A stretch of 64,000 nt of DNA from Methanobacteriota archaeon. Its GTDB lineage: Archaea; Halobacteriota; Bog-38; Methanoflorentales; Methanoflorentaceae. The position numbers were made by a program, and so were the translations under genes. A model generated the notes under the pieces. It did no database searches. It saw only the letters and a list, made by a program, of their open reading frames with translations, and was not told where the DNA came from. Numbering within the stretch: the stretch's first letter is position 1; every line of letters begins with the position of its first letter. This document shows, piece after piece, positions 21,220 to 31,053 of the stretch. Location: assembly GCA_963719035.1 (NCBI GenBank), contig CAVRAO010000002.1, positions 288,001-352,000 on the forward strand, written 5' to 3'.

Positions 21220-21261
21220 AATCAAAGCGCCCCTGCTTTTTGCATCCCGCACCAACAGACA

Positions 21262-22700
21262 ATGGAGCAAACAGATAGAAGCGTACCCCGGATACTTATC
21301 GCGGCTGACAGGAGTTCCGCGGGAAAAACGACAATCGCAACCGGCTGATGTCGGTTTTATCCAAGGAAGGACATGTCGTCCAGCCGTTCAAAGTCGGATT
21401 GGACTATATTGACCCGAGCTATCACTCAGAGGTTACCGGACGCTTTTCCCGTAACCTCGACGGCTATTTAATGGATCGGCATACGATCACTGAGGTTTTC
21501 TACCACGCGATGCGAGGCGCCGATATTGGGATCATAGAAGGTGTACGAGGTCTTTACGAAGGTTTGGAAAGCTTAAGTGACGTTGGAAGTACAGCGCAAA
21601 TCGCTAAGATGCTCAACTGCCCGGTCATACTCATTATCGACGCACGAAGCATAACACGAAGCACAGCAGCACTCGTTAAGGGTTACTGTTCATTTGATAA
21701 GCGAATTGACATAAGAGGGGTCATACTCAACAAAATTGGCAGCCTAACGCATGCAGCTAAGGCAAAAAAAGCTATTGAACATTACACCGGTATAGAGGTC
21801 ATAGGACAGATCCCACGCAAGGATTCAATACACCTGACGATGCGCCACTTGGGTCTCGTCCCTGCTTCTGAAGGGCTCAAAAGAGACGTTACTTTTAGAA
21901 AACAACTCGACAACATTGAGGATGTAATTCAATGCATCGACGTAGACAAGGTAGTGCAAATCGCAAAAAGCGCTGGGAAACTGCCAAGAGTTAAGCCCAA
22001 GGCGTTTGTTTCTTCGAATAAAGAAGGGGTTGCGCACAAGAGGGGCGTGCATATAGGCGTCGCTTGCGATGAGGCTTTCAACTTTTACTACCGCGATTTA
22101 TTTGATCTTTTGTCCCTCAATGGCACAAAAACCATCTCATTCAGTCCGTTGCACGATGAGAAGATACCTAACGTTGATGGCATCTATATCGGCGGAGGAT
22201 ACCCTGAACTCTTTGCCGATGAACTGGAACGTAACCGTTCAATGCGCGATTCAATCGCGTTACACGCTCAAGCAGATATGCCCGTGTTCGCAGAGTGCGG
22301 CGGCCTCATGTATCTGACCGAATCGTTGACGTACGGCGGACGAAGCTCGAGGATGGTAGGCGTGATTCCCGCAAACGCCAATATGAAAAAAAAACGGGTT
22401 ATTGGCTATGTTGCCGGTACAACGGTTCGTGACAACGTCATTGGACGCAAAGGAACCAAGTTTCGGGGCCATGAATTTCACTATTCTGAGCTCACCGACC
22501 TAGGGAGCAAACCTAAATTTGCGTTTCAGCTGCAAAAAGGCGCGGGTATTTCAGACGGTTGCGATGGCGTACAAGTAGGACAAACCCTTGCTTCATTCAC
22601 TCACTTGCATCCGCTCTCGTACCCCGATCTTGCTGCTCACTTCGCACGATCGTGCGCGAAGTTTACGGACCAAACAGCTCACAGCAAGCGATCTCTCTAA
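21262..22700 (+). CDS. cfbB: Ni-sirohydrochlorin a,c-diamide synthase (one base missing at ~21345)
   Basis: ATG 21262 gives PRILIAADRSSAGKTT; after the shift FKVGLDYIDP, EGVRGLYEG, MRHLGL, AECGGLMYL, GHEFHYS. Confidence 0.92.
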
Positions 22701-23214
22701 TAAATACCGTGTTAAACGCTGCTAAAGCATGAGGATCGGTAGCCGTGGTTATACTCCCGTCTCGCTCCACTGATCTACCCGAATAGTTTGCGCCCGCCTC
22801 CTGCAATTCTCGTCCGACGGTAGGGTGCGACGTCAACGTCTTATTCTTGACAATTCCAGCTGAAATAAGCACTTGTGGGCCGTGACAAACCGCGCCGATC
22901 TGCAATCCTCGCTCGTAGGCCTCTCTAACAACTTTTTGGACGTCCGGATCGGCCCTTATCTTTGATGGCGCTTTTCCGCCTGGTATGTAGAGGGCGGTAA
23001 AGCCTTGAGCGTTGACGTCACGCACAAGCTTGTCGGGAATTACCGACTCGTCGCCGTGCAGCCCCCTAAGCACGTCTTTCACGATGCTCACAACTGTTAG
23101 TTCAGCTCCTTCTAGCAAAAGCGCGCCAGCGACGTCTCGAAACTCAGAGTCATCAAATTCTGACGCCAGCAAAATGAGAACACGTTTTCCTTCCAACCTC
23201 TTGATAATTGCCAT
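22663..23214 (-). CDS. PfpI/DJ-1 family type-1 glutamine amidotransferase-like protein
   Basis: FDDSE, LYIPGG, AVCHGPQVL nucleophile motif. Confidence 0.9.
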   Translation of the reverse strand: MAIIKRLEGKRVLILLASEFDDSEFRDVAGALLLEGAELTVVSIVKDVLRGLHGDESVIPDKLVRDVNAQGFTALYIPGGKAPSKIRADPDVQKVVREAYERGLQIGAVCHGPQVLISAGIVKNKTLTSHPTVGRELQEAGANYSGRSVERDGSITTATDPHALAAFNTVFIREIACCELFGP

Positions 23215-23479
23215 AGAATCCTGTTACTGACAGCTTTACAAAAAACTTGTCCACGCTTTGAACAACATTCTTCATTAAATCGCTATTTGGCAATGATAAA
23301 AGTCTGTGATTCATGTCTGACTGATTGACGGCCGATATCCAACTGGTTCGTCTTGTTTATGCAACACCCCATTTTATGGCCAGCAGGGAACCGTAACCTA
23401 AAGAGCCTTATCAATGAATTTCAGATTTCCATTCTTTGCGTTGCCCACTCAGGCCCGTTATCCCCCGACTTCTGAACAT

Positions 23480-23505
23480 CAAACATCACCCTCAAACATC
23501 ACCCT
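23480..23505. repeat. Perfect 13-bp tandem duplication CAAACATCACCCT x2
   Basis: Copies at 23480-23492 and 23493-23505, upstream of moaC. Confidence 0.85.
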
Positions 23506-23561
23506 TTTTTATGACGACGTAGTAACTTCAAGAAAGTTTATTTCACAACGGTGGATTATTC

Positions 23562-24029
23562 ATGGAGTTTACACATATTAAGAACGGCAAAGCACAGCAG
23601 GTGGATATCTCGAATAAAGCGGTAGCTTCGAGGCGCGCTCTCGCAGAAGGGACTATTGAGCTCAAACCAGAGACAATAGGAGCGATAAAACAGGGTTCGA
23701 TAGAAAAAGGAAACGTTCTAAACACAGCGACAGTTGCCGCTGTGCTTGCTACCAAGCAGACCTCACAAATTATTCCGTTGTGTCATAATATCCCTCTAAC
23801 GAGCATCCAAGTGAACTACTCACTGCAAGACTCAACGATCAAGGCAACCGTTGAAGTTAAGTCTGAAGGGAAGACAGGAGTTGAAATGGAAGCGATAACG
23901 GGTGTAAGCGTAGCACTTTTAACGATATGGGATATGGTGAAAAGCGTTGAAAAGGATGCCACCGGCAACTACCCCGTGACCAAGATTCGGGATATTCGCG
24001 TCTTAGAAAAGATCAAAGTAATAAAGTGA
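23562..24029 (+). CDS. moaC: Cyclic pyranopterin monophosphate synthase
   Basis: KGNVL, IIPLCHNIP, KTGVEMEA, IWDMVKS. Confidence 0.97.
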   Translation: MEFTHIKNGKAQQVDISNKAVASRRALAEGTIELKPETIGAIKQGSIEKGNVLNTATVAAVLATKQTSQIIPLCHNIPLTSIQVNYSLQDSTIKATVEVKSEGKTGVEMEAITGVSVALLTIWDMVKSVEKDATGNYPVTKIRDIRVLEKIKVIK

Positions 24030-24166
24030 GTTTAGCATTGAGAGCGATGATCTATTTGCCTAACGTGAGAAGTGTATCAGGAAAAGTAGTGCAACTCAGT
24101 TGGCCATTCGCGTCTGTTGGTAAAGGTCTCAAATCTGGCTAGCTTACAAACAAGCGTGGACTCGCC

Positions 24167-25015
24167 ATGATAACCGCATCAGCACAAGGAGCAGGCACCG
24201 TCATTAATGCTATCGCAACGCTCAAAGGTTCTGCTTTTGCAATAAACCTAAAGACTTATTCTGAGGTTGAGATCGTCGACCATGGCATCAAATGCGAAAT
24301 TGCTGACAGTCCCGCAGCGGATACCGCGCTTATAGAGGAATGTGCGCGCTTAGTGCTGAAACGATTTGCCCCAAATGTTGGCGTGCGCATTGCTACGAGA
24401 AGCGAGATACCAATCGCCCGCGGACTGAAAAGCAGCAGCGCAGCAGCCAATGCGACGGTGCTTGGACTCATTGAAGCGCTCGAAATTGAAATAGAGCCGA
24501 TCGAGATCGTTAGACTAGGCGTCCTTGCTGCGAGAAGAACAGGGGTGACAATCACCGGTGCTTTCGATGATGCGTGCGCATCGTTTTTCGGAGGGCTTGT
24601 AATTACCGACAATGAGCACGACTTGCTGTTAAAGCGCGTTGAGTGGAATGCCGACGTTCTTATCCTCGTGCCGCACGAAAAGGCCTACTCGGCGAAAGCC
24701 GACGTAGCACGAGCAAAACTTCTCGCACCATGGGTCGACATAGCATTTGATTTAGCGAGCAATGGAGCCTTCGAAAAGGCAATGGTTTTGAACGGCGTGC
24801 TTTACTGCAACGCGTTTGGATTTAGTACGGAACCGATAATGTCCGCGTTGGCTGCCGGAGCAAGAGCTGCTACGCTATCAGGAACGGGACCGTCATATAT
24901 CGCGCTCGTCGACCGCGCGTCTGCTCAACCCGTAAAAAAAGAGTGGGAGCAGTTTGAAGGGCTCATCATTGAAACGAAAGTTACGAATCAAGGAGCAATG
25001 ACAAAAGCGCTTTAA
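24167..25015 (+). CDS. aroK: Archaeal shikimate kinase (GHMP family)
   Basis: VINAIAT.KG, IPIARGLKSSSA, TITGAFDDA, LSGTGP. Confidence 0.95.
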   Translation: MITASAQGAGTVINAIATLKGSAFAINLKTYSEVEIVDHGIKCEIADSPAADTALIEECARLVLKRFAPNVGVRIATRSEIPIARGLKSSSAAANATVLGLIEALEIEIEPIEIVRLGVLAARRTGVTITGAFDDACASFFGGLVITDNEHDLLLKRVEWNADVLILVPHEKAYSAKADVARAKLLAPWVDIAFDLASNGAFEKAMVLNGVLYCNAFGFSTEPIMSALAAGARAATLSGTGPSYIALVDRASAQPVKKEWEQFEGLIIETKVTNQGAMTKAL

Positions 25016-25071
25016 AAATTCACTTGCTTGCAGGCCAACATTCTTCTAATGCGAGGGACATATAAAGTTAG

Positions 25072-25356
25072 ATGATAGAAGAGGTGCGAAGTCAAATAGA
25101 AGCGATCGACGCGGACATCGTCGAATTAATAGCACAAAGAACAGACTTAGCTTCGCAGGTGTTGCACGCAAAAAGAGCGGACGGTTTTACTGAGATCAAC
25201 GACGAAAAGCAAAACGAGCGAGTGCTCAGCAGGGCAGTTGACTCGGCTACCGAACGAAATATAGACGCTGGTTCAGTGAAAGCAATTTTTGAGATTCTTA
25301 TTGCGATGAACTTGGAAATGCAGCACGGCCTGAGTGGGGAAGGTAATCTGCCGTAG
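25072..25356 (+). CDS. aroQ: Chorismate mutase (AroQ type)
   Basis: R..IEAID..IVELIA.R...A......K pattern; C-terminal GEGNLP; follows aroK. Confidence 0.88.
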   Translation: MIEEVRSQIEAIDADIVELIAQRTDLASQVLHAKRADGFTEINDEKQNERVLSRAVDSATERNIDAGSVKAIFEILIAMNLEMQHGLSGEGNLP

Positions 25357-25397
25357 CTCCAACGGCGCTGTGCGAAGACACGACGACTCCCGCCAAT

Positions 25398-26372
25398 ATG
25401 ATCTATCAGCAAAACGGGATATCTGTTAGTTTTGACGACGGGACAAAGTTTAGACTGGATCCACGGACGTACTCACCCGATGAAGTTAATCTAATCTCGC
25501 ACGGACACTCCGATCACTTACCGACACGCTGCAACGGCAAAAGCATCGTGATGTCAGAAGTCACACAAACGTTGCTGAAAGTAAGAAAAAACGCCTCCGC
25601 CGATATATTAAGTCACGGTTCAGTAAGCGCACTTGACGCAGGTCACGTTATTGGATCGCATATGTTTTTGCTGGAAGGCAATCACACTGTGCTCTACACA
25701 GGCGACTTTTGCACCAAAGAGAAGTTCTTTTCACACGGTGCGCAGCCCGTCAATGTCGACGTTTTAGTTGTCGAATCCACATTCGGAAGCGAACAGTATA
25801 TTTTTCCAGAGACAAAAAAAATCGCCGAGCAAATCCAAGAATGTGTCACTTCCTGTATAGAACACGATGAATCAGTGATCGTTCTTGCCTACCCTTTTGG
25901 AAAGGCGCAAGAGCTTACACATCTTCTTCGAGATTATGTTCCATTTGTTGATAGCAGCATTTTCAAGATAAATGAAGAGCTGAATAATTTTGGCTATAAG
26001 TTTCACCACCAGCTATTCGACGCTTCATCCATCAAAGAATCACGAGAGCCTTTTGTGTTCATTTCGAGCGGGAACGCAAAGCAGCACAGAGATCTTAACG
26101 AAATGCCATGTGGAAAAAAACGCACACTTGCAGTTTCAGGATGGGCGATTAATCGTGGTTTCAAATACTACCGAGGCGTAGACTACGCTTTTGCATTATC
26201 AGACCACGCTGATTTTCAAGATCTTATGACCTTTATTAACCGCTGCAACCCAGAGCTCGTCTATACATGTCACGGCTATGCAAAGCGGTTTGCGCGTCTT
26301 GTTCACGATCGCCTCGGCATTGAAGCTATGCCGCTCGAAAAAGGACAACAATTTTTATCTAACTATGTTTAA
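25398..26372 (+). CDS. beta-CASP/MBL-fold ribonuclease (mRNA 3'-end processing factor-like)
   Basis: SHGHSDH, AGHVIGS, YTGDF, ESTFG, GKAQE, SGWA, LSDHADF, TCHG. Confidence 0.9.
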   Translation: MIYQQNGISVSFDDGTKFRLDPRTYSPDEVNLISHGHSDHLPTRCNGKSIVMSEVTQTLLKVRKNASADILSHGSVSALDAGHVIGSHMFLLEGNHTVLYTGDFCTKEKFFSHGAQPVNVDVLVVESTFGSEQYIFPETKKIAEQIQECVTSCIEHDESVIVLAYPFGKAQELTHLLRDYVPFVDSSIFKINEELNNFGYKFHHQLFDASSIKESREPFVFISSGNAKQHRDLNEMPCGKKRTLAVSGWAINRGFKYYRGVDYAFALSDHADFQDLMTFINRCNPELVYTCHGYAKRFARLVHDRLGIEAMPLEKGQQFLSNYV

Positions 26373-26472
26373 AACGCCGCTGGTAACAAAACTGATGCTC
26401 TATGATGACTTGAAAAAGCACATCTAACGAGTATATATAACAAAAGCCGTCAATTTACATTGGAGATAAAAG

Positions 26473-26706
26473 ATGTCGGATACCAACGTTAACCAAACGA
26501 AGATACTAGATTATCTTAAAAAAGGGGTTACGCGAGGTAAACAATTCTTTAAAAGCAAATCAATCGCACGAGAGCTTGGCTTAAGCACTAATGAAGTCGG
26601 CACAAATATAAGCATGTTAGTCGACAACTCCGACGATATCGTCATTGAGAAATGGAGCTATTCTCACGGGACGACTTGGCGCGTGTATACCGCAAAAGAA
26701 GCTTAA
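26473..26706 (+). CDS. Small winged-helix protein (DUF7123-like)
   Basis: FFKSK.IA.ELGLS..EVG...IEKWSYS..TTWRV. Confidence 0.75.
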   Translation: MSDTNVNQTKILDYLKKGVTRGKQFFKSKSIARELGLSTNEVGTNISMLVDNSDDIVIEKWSYSHGTTWRVYTAKEA

Positions 26707-26740
26707 GAACTATCTTTTTTAAGAAAGCTTCGGTGAGCCA

Positions 26741-27304
26741 TTGACTTCGATCTTAGTCATAAATAACTACGGCCAATTTGCCCACCTGATTCATCGCGCT
26801 GTTCGTGACCTTGGCGTTGATTGCGAACTCGTGAAAAACACGCTCGACGTTGACGAAATATTACAACGAGATCCGGACGGTTTGATTTTGAGCGGTGGTC
26901 CGAGCATGGATCGCATCGGAAACTGCAAGCTCTACGTCAAAGAGATAAACTTGCCTATATTAGGGATTTGCCTAGGTCATCAGCTCATTGCCGAGAGTTT
27001 TGGTGGCGCCGTTAGTAAAGGCGTCTCAGGCGGATACGCGCACGTTACTGTGGAAATCATCGAACCAAATGATATTCTTGTCGAGATGGGGCCAGTCATT
27101 AACACGTGGGCATCACACGCAGACGAAGTCAATCGTTTGCCGAAGGATTTTACGAAACTTGCACGTTCTGAGGTTTGTGAAGTGGAAGCAATGAAACACC
27201 GCGGCAAGCCTATTTATGGCGTTCAGTGGCATCCTGAAGTGGCACATACGGAATCGGGAAGCACCCTTCTACTGAACTTCATCAAAATCTGCGAGGAACG
27301 TTAA
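26741..27304 (+). CDS. guaAA: GMP synthase subunit A (glutamine amidotransferase)
   Basis: NNYGQFAHLI, LSGGP, LGICLGHQ, SHADEV, GVQWHPEV. Confidence 0.96.
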   Translation: MTSILVINNYGQFAHLIHRAVRDLGVDCELVKNTLDVDEILQRDPDGLILSGGPSMDRIGNCKLYVKEINLPILGICLGHQLIAESFGGAVSKGVSGGYAHVTVEIIEPNDILVEMGPVINTWASHADEVNRLPKDFTKLARSEVCEVEAMKHRGKPIYGVQWHPEVAHTESGSTLLLNFIKICEER

Positions 27305-27522
27305 CGCTTTTGTTTTGGTGCAGAGAAGTCAATTCGAATAGCGCCCGTTGGACAGCTTCCAATGCACGTCGTACAGCCGAGGCAGAAACTGGAATTCTTA
27401 ACGACGCATTTTCTCTTGCCGTCAATGACAGCAACGCCGTAAATTCGCTGGCCCTTTGGACAAATCCTCACACATTTTCCTACACCAGTGCACTTTTCCT
27501 GATCGATAAAAATTTGAGGCAT
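27301..27522 (-). CDS. Dicluster-type ferredoxin
   Basis: CTGVGKCVRICP and CLGCTTCIGSCP. Confidence 0.85.
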   Translation of the reverse strand: MPQIFIDQEKCTGVGKCVRICPKGQRIYGVAVIDGKRKCVVKNSSFCLGCTTCIGSCPTGAIRIDFSAPKQKR

Positions 27523-27543
27523 TTAATGACTATTTCTGAAGAA

Positions 27544-28005
27544 TTACCGGGTAATCTCGCCGACCGGCAGTTCACTGACAAAATCATCCTTATTGAAATG
27601 GAGCGCTAACTCGCGCGAAGCAGACTCCACCGAATCGGCAGCGTGCACCAAGTTTCTCACCTGCTCTAGGCAAAAATCCCCGCGCAGACTCCCTGGCATC
27701 GCTTCAATCGGATTTGTGGACCCGACAAGTTGACGAACCGCTCGCACTGCGTTGAATCCCTCTACAGCCATTAAGATGATTGGTCCAGAGGTGACGTAGT
27801 AGACTAAATGTTCGTAAAATGGCTTGTCAACGTGTTCTGCATAGTGTTTTTTGGCCGTCTCAATATCTAAATTCTTGAATTTCAGGGCTCGAAGTTCTAG
27901 GCCTTTCTCCTCAAGTCGCGAAATGATCTCGCCAACGAGCCCCCTCTTTACCCCATCTGGCTTAATCATCACGAAAGTAGACTCAATGTGATCTTCAGAC
28001 TCCAT
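27544..28005 (-). CDS. ndk: Nucleoside diphosphate kinase
   Basis: TFVMIKPDGV, HYAEH, PGSLRGDF, NLVHAAD. Confidence 0.98.
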   Translation of the reverse strand: MESEDHIESTFVMIKPDGVKRGLVGEIISRLEEKGLELRALKFKNLDIETAKKHYAEHVDKPFYEHLVYYVTSGPIILMAVEGFNAVRAVRQLVGSTNPIEAMPGSLRGDFCLEQVRNLVHAADSVESASRELALHFNKDDFVSELPVGEITR

Positions 28006-28015
28006 TTAGACCCTC

Positions 28016-28207
28016 TCACGCTTTTTTGCGTGCTGATCGACCGGATTCTGTCCAAGCAACACGTCGCGCAAGACGACCAAGCTTGAAGTTCTTCTCACAT
28101 TTAGACGAGCAAAAATTATGTACCGTCCCATCTCGCTTTACGAACATCTTGCCGGTGCCAAGTTCGATAGCGCTTCCGCAAAAGACGCACGTTCGCTTTT
28201 CCATCAT
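28016..28207 (-). CDS. rpl24e: 50S ribosomal protein L24e
   Basis: CVFCG, GTGKMFV, FCSSKCEKN, VAWT. Confidence 0.97.
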   Translation of the reverse strand: MMEKRTCVFCGSAIELGTGKMFVKRDGTVHNFCSSKCEKNFKLGRLARRVAWTESGRSARKKA

Positions 28208-28208
28208 C

Positions 28209-28424
28209 TCACCGTGTCATCAGTTTCTTGGCTTCGTGTGACGTTTCGCGAAGCATAAGTATGTCTCCGATTTGAACGGGGCCTACACAATTTCGCGTGA
28301 TTATTCTTCCCTTGTTTTGGCCTTCGAGGACGCGGCACTTTACCTGTTTCGCCTCTCCGTGCATTCCGGTGTTCCCCACTATTTCGATTATCTCTGCAGG
28401 CGTTGCGTCGTTATATTCTGCCAC
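28209..28424 (-). CDS. rps28e: 30S ribosomal protein S28e
   Basis: TGMHGEA.QVKCRVL, RIITRN..GPV..GDILML. Confidence 0.97.
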   Translation of the reverse strand: MAEYNDATPAEIIEIVGNTGMHGEAKQVKCRVLEGQNKGRIITRNCVGPVQIGDILMLRETSHEAKKLMTR

Positions 28425-28454
28425 CGTATATCCTCCGTGATTTGTCCTACGAGA

Positions 28455-28829
28455 CTAGCCTGAGCGAATCGTTTTGATTTGCTCGACGATTTCGTCGACG
28501 AGGGCTTTACTCTTCCCAGCATCGATGATTGCAGCTGCTGCCGAGCCAACGTCAAGTCCTGCCGCAGCTCCGAGATCGCTCTGTCGTTTAACATATACGT
28601 ACGATATCCCTTTCTCGTCGCAAAGTGGGGGAATGTGTGCGAGGATTTCTTCAGGTTGAACATCTACACTAATTAATACGAGTTGAACGATTCCTCGCTC
28701 AATCGCTTTCGTGACTTCGTTCGTACCCTTCTTTATTTTCCCTGTATCACGGGCGCTCTCCAAGGCTTCTAACGACTTGTTTTCGATCTCGTCTGGAGTG
28801 TCAAATTTTACAAACATTGGTTTTGCCAT
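28455..28829 (-). CDS. rpl7ae: 50S ribosomal protein L7Ae
   Basis: [37 protein letters not shown]. Confidence 0.98.
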   Translation of the reverse strand: MAKPMFVKFDTPDEIENKSLEALESARDTGKIKKGTNEVTKAIERGIVQLVLISVDVQPEEILAHIPPLCDEKGISYVYVKRQSDLGAAAGLDVGSAAAAIIDAGKSKALVDEIVEQIKTIRSG

Positions 28830-28844
28830 ACTCACATACCTCTT

Positions 28845-28886
28845 TCAGGATCCGAACGTAATAGCGAATCCTGTCATCAGTCATCG
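28845..28886 (-). promoter_or_regulatory. Putative kink-turn-type autoregulatory element in the rpl7ae 5' UTR
   Basis: Minus strand CGATGA-C-TGATGA-[CAGGATTCG...CGGATCCTG]-A: box C-like TGATGA, 9-bp stem and box D-like CTGA just 5' of the SD. Confidence 0.55.
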
Positions 28887-29049
28887 ATATAGGTGCTCTA
28901 ATAGGAACCTAAAAAGCTGTATCGACCAAGCTTATTCTCGTCAATAGCCGCTTGCGATATCCTGTTGGTGTCCTCATTTTATATGGTTAGGTATAAATGC
29001 TTTTTCGATGCGCATTTAGCTCGCCGATCTATGGCTTCGTTAACTCGTC

Positions 29050-30993
29050 TCATCTTGATTCTACTTTGCTTATCTCAGAATATCCAGAGGGTAGGAACTT
29101 AGCCACCTCGTCGGCGGCAATGATCTTTCTTAAGCCCTTCTTCTGGTCATCTCGCACCATACCGAGAAGTTCCCTTGATATCATCTTTGCTAAATCACTT
29201 GAGTTATACTTTCCAGGCTCAATCACGACAAAGGGATGAGCAATCTTTGTTATAGCTGATAGAGGCCCACCTACGATTTTTTCGTCGTGGACGCCGACAG
29301 CGAGTAGGGACGCCGATTCAAGATAATGCCGTTCACCCCTGATAATAAATGCCCCTTTAGGCAAGTATTCTCCAGATTCAGGGGTTTTCGACACTTGTTT
29401 GGGATATACCCAGTAACAACGACCGGACCCAAGACCCTGTTTCCAAATCGAAGAATAAGAAACAGCGAATTGTGCGGCCTCGCTTAAGGTTACCTCTGAT
29501 ACTTCTTTGGCTTGCGATTTCACAATAACGGCCGGCGCTCCGTGAACGTCAGCGTGAAGAAATATGTCTCGAGGTTCTAAGTACTTCTTCACCAATTCCT
29601 CATTAGTATCCGCATCCCTGCCCCCGACTACCAAAAAACCCTCTGAAGAAAAAAACCAACGATATCGCTCGTACCAACGAGGCCGCTTTTTCTTGGTACG
29701 ACGTTTTTCAGGACCTACCTGTTTTAATTCATTTCCTTGTTCTTCTTTTATTTTTTTCAATGAGAGAGTCAACGCACGTTCCGCACCCTCGGCCTTGGCT
29801 TTCATCACTTTCGCCTTGTGATAGTACTTCTGAGCGTTTTGGGGGACATCTTCATCTACGACGATATCGATCAAAACCCCGCTAACTTCGAGAGTAATCG
29901 TTCCTGTGCTTGGATCGATCTCTTTGAAAAACGAGAAAGAGCTTAACGCATAATTAACCTCAGCCCAGGTTTTTAACCTCCGCGCCTCTCTTACCGTTTT
30001 AATTAACCGATCGATCTCGTGATACTTTTCAAACAGCAAATCTCCTTTCGACTGATACTCACGTTCTTGTATCTTGAACTGTTGAATTGCCACCGTTTGC
30101 CTGTCGATTATCTTCTGAAGTCGCGTTTTGGCTACAGGAGTAGGTCGTGATTCATCAATTTTTAACCCGTAATATTCGTCGAGCGCTTCGTTAAAACTTG
30201 AAAAAAAGCGTTTTTCACATCTGTCGAACTGCACCAACTCAAATGGAAGGACGCTGATTGGCGCTGATTCACTTTCATATACAATATGAGGGCTTAACGT
30301 ATTCGATCGCAACGGTTCAAAAACTTCTCTCAACGCTGCGTAGAGCCGTTGAATCTCTTCTGGGGTAAGGCTCTCGCTTTTTTTTTCGACTTCGGCTCTC
30401 AAACACACTTCTTCTGCATATAAACCACCCATATTGAAACGCGTCGCGAGCGTTCTAACAACATCACGAGTAGTGGAGGTTATGACCGCTTCAAACTCAT
30501 TGTAGGATAAGTCAACGGGGCTGAGTTGCGCCGAGGGGTACTCGTAGTGTTGCCCCCGTATGACCTGTCGTGAAGCTGACCTCATGCCTCGCAATGGCAA
30601 TATTATACGCTTAGATTCGTCCGTAAGGACGACGTTCCCTTTTGAAAAGAACTCACATATCAAGTAGCGTTCATCGTCGCTCCGCACAAAACGTATTTCG
30701 ACAACACGATCAAAGTCATGCTGCTCGATTGTGCTGATCCGTCCACCTTTAAGTTCTTTTCTAAGCAGCATCGGAAAGCTTGGCGGAAGGGCGGGTGCTG
30801 CGGCGGGGGCGTTGGTGAGGTGTAACCGCTTTCCGGCCTCAAGTATGAGGTCACGTTTCCCAGTTTTTGTCACAAGCTTTAAGCGAAGTTCTACAGGCGT
30901 GAGTTGATATGCCTTTTCTAGCTTTGCTCCGATAAGGCTATCAAGTTCTGGCAACAACGCTGCCACGTCTACGCTCGTCATTACCGTCTTCAA
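29050..30993 (-). CDS. rqcH: Ribosome quality-control factor RqcH/NEMF (NFACT domains)
   Basis: MTSVDV, F.MLLRK.L, QHDFDRVV, NAQKYY, WYERYRWF.SS.G.LV.GGRDA..NE, HADVHGAP, VSKTPESGEYL.KGAF.IRG; TTG 30993 has a GGTGAGG SD (alternative start 31011). Confidence 0.95.
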   Translation of the reverse strand: MKTVMTSVDVAALLPELDSLIGAKLEKAYQLTPVELRLKLVTKTGKRDLILEAGKRLHLTNAPAAAPALPPSFPMLLRKELKGGRISTIEQHDFDRVVEIRFVRSDDERYLICEFFSKGNVVLTDESKRIILPLRGMRSASRQVIRGQHYEYPSAQLSPVDLSYNEFEAVITSTTRDVVRTLATRFNMGGLYAEEVCLRAEVEKKSESLTPEEIQRLYAALREVFEPLRSNTLSPHIVYESESAPISVLPFELVQFDRCEKRFFSSFNEALDEYYGLKIDESRPTPVAKTRLQKIIDRQTVAIQQFKIQEREYQSKGDLLFEKYHEIDRLIKTVREARRLKTWAEVNYALSSFSFFKEIDPSTGTITLEVSGVLIDIVVDEDVPQNAQKYYHKAKVMKAKAEGAERALTLSLKKIKEEQGNELKQVGPEKRRTKKKRPRWYERYRWFFSSEGFLVVGGRDADTNEELVKKYLEPRDIFLHADVHGAPAVIVKSQAKEVSEVTLSEAAQFAVSYSSIWKQGLGSGRCYWVYPKQVSKTPESGEYLPKGAFIIRGERHYLESASLLAVGVHDEKIVGGPLSAITKIAHPFVVIEPGKYNSSDLAKMISRELLGMVRDDQKKGLRKIIAADEVAKFLPSGYSEISKVESR

Positions 30994-31053
30994 ACGATTG
31001 TCCCTCACCAAGCCGCTCGTCAGCTAAATAAGCTGGGTCCTATCACGCGGTCA

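Noticed and set aside
21262-22700. Calling this cobyrinic acid a,c-diamide synthase (cbiA)
   Set aside because: The DRSSAGKT and EGVRGLYEG signatures and cfb context favour CfbB
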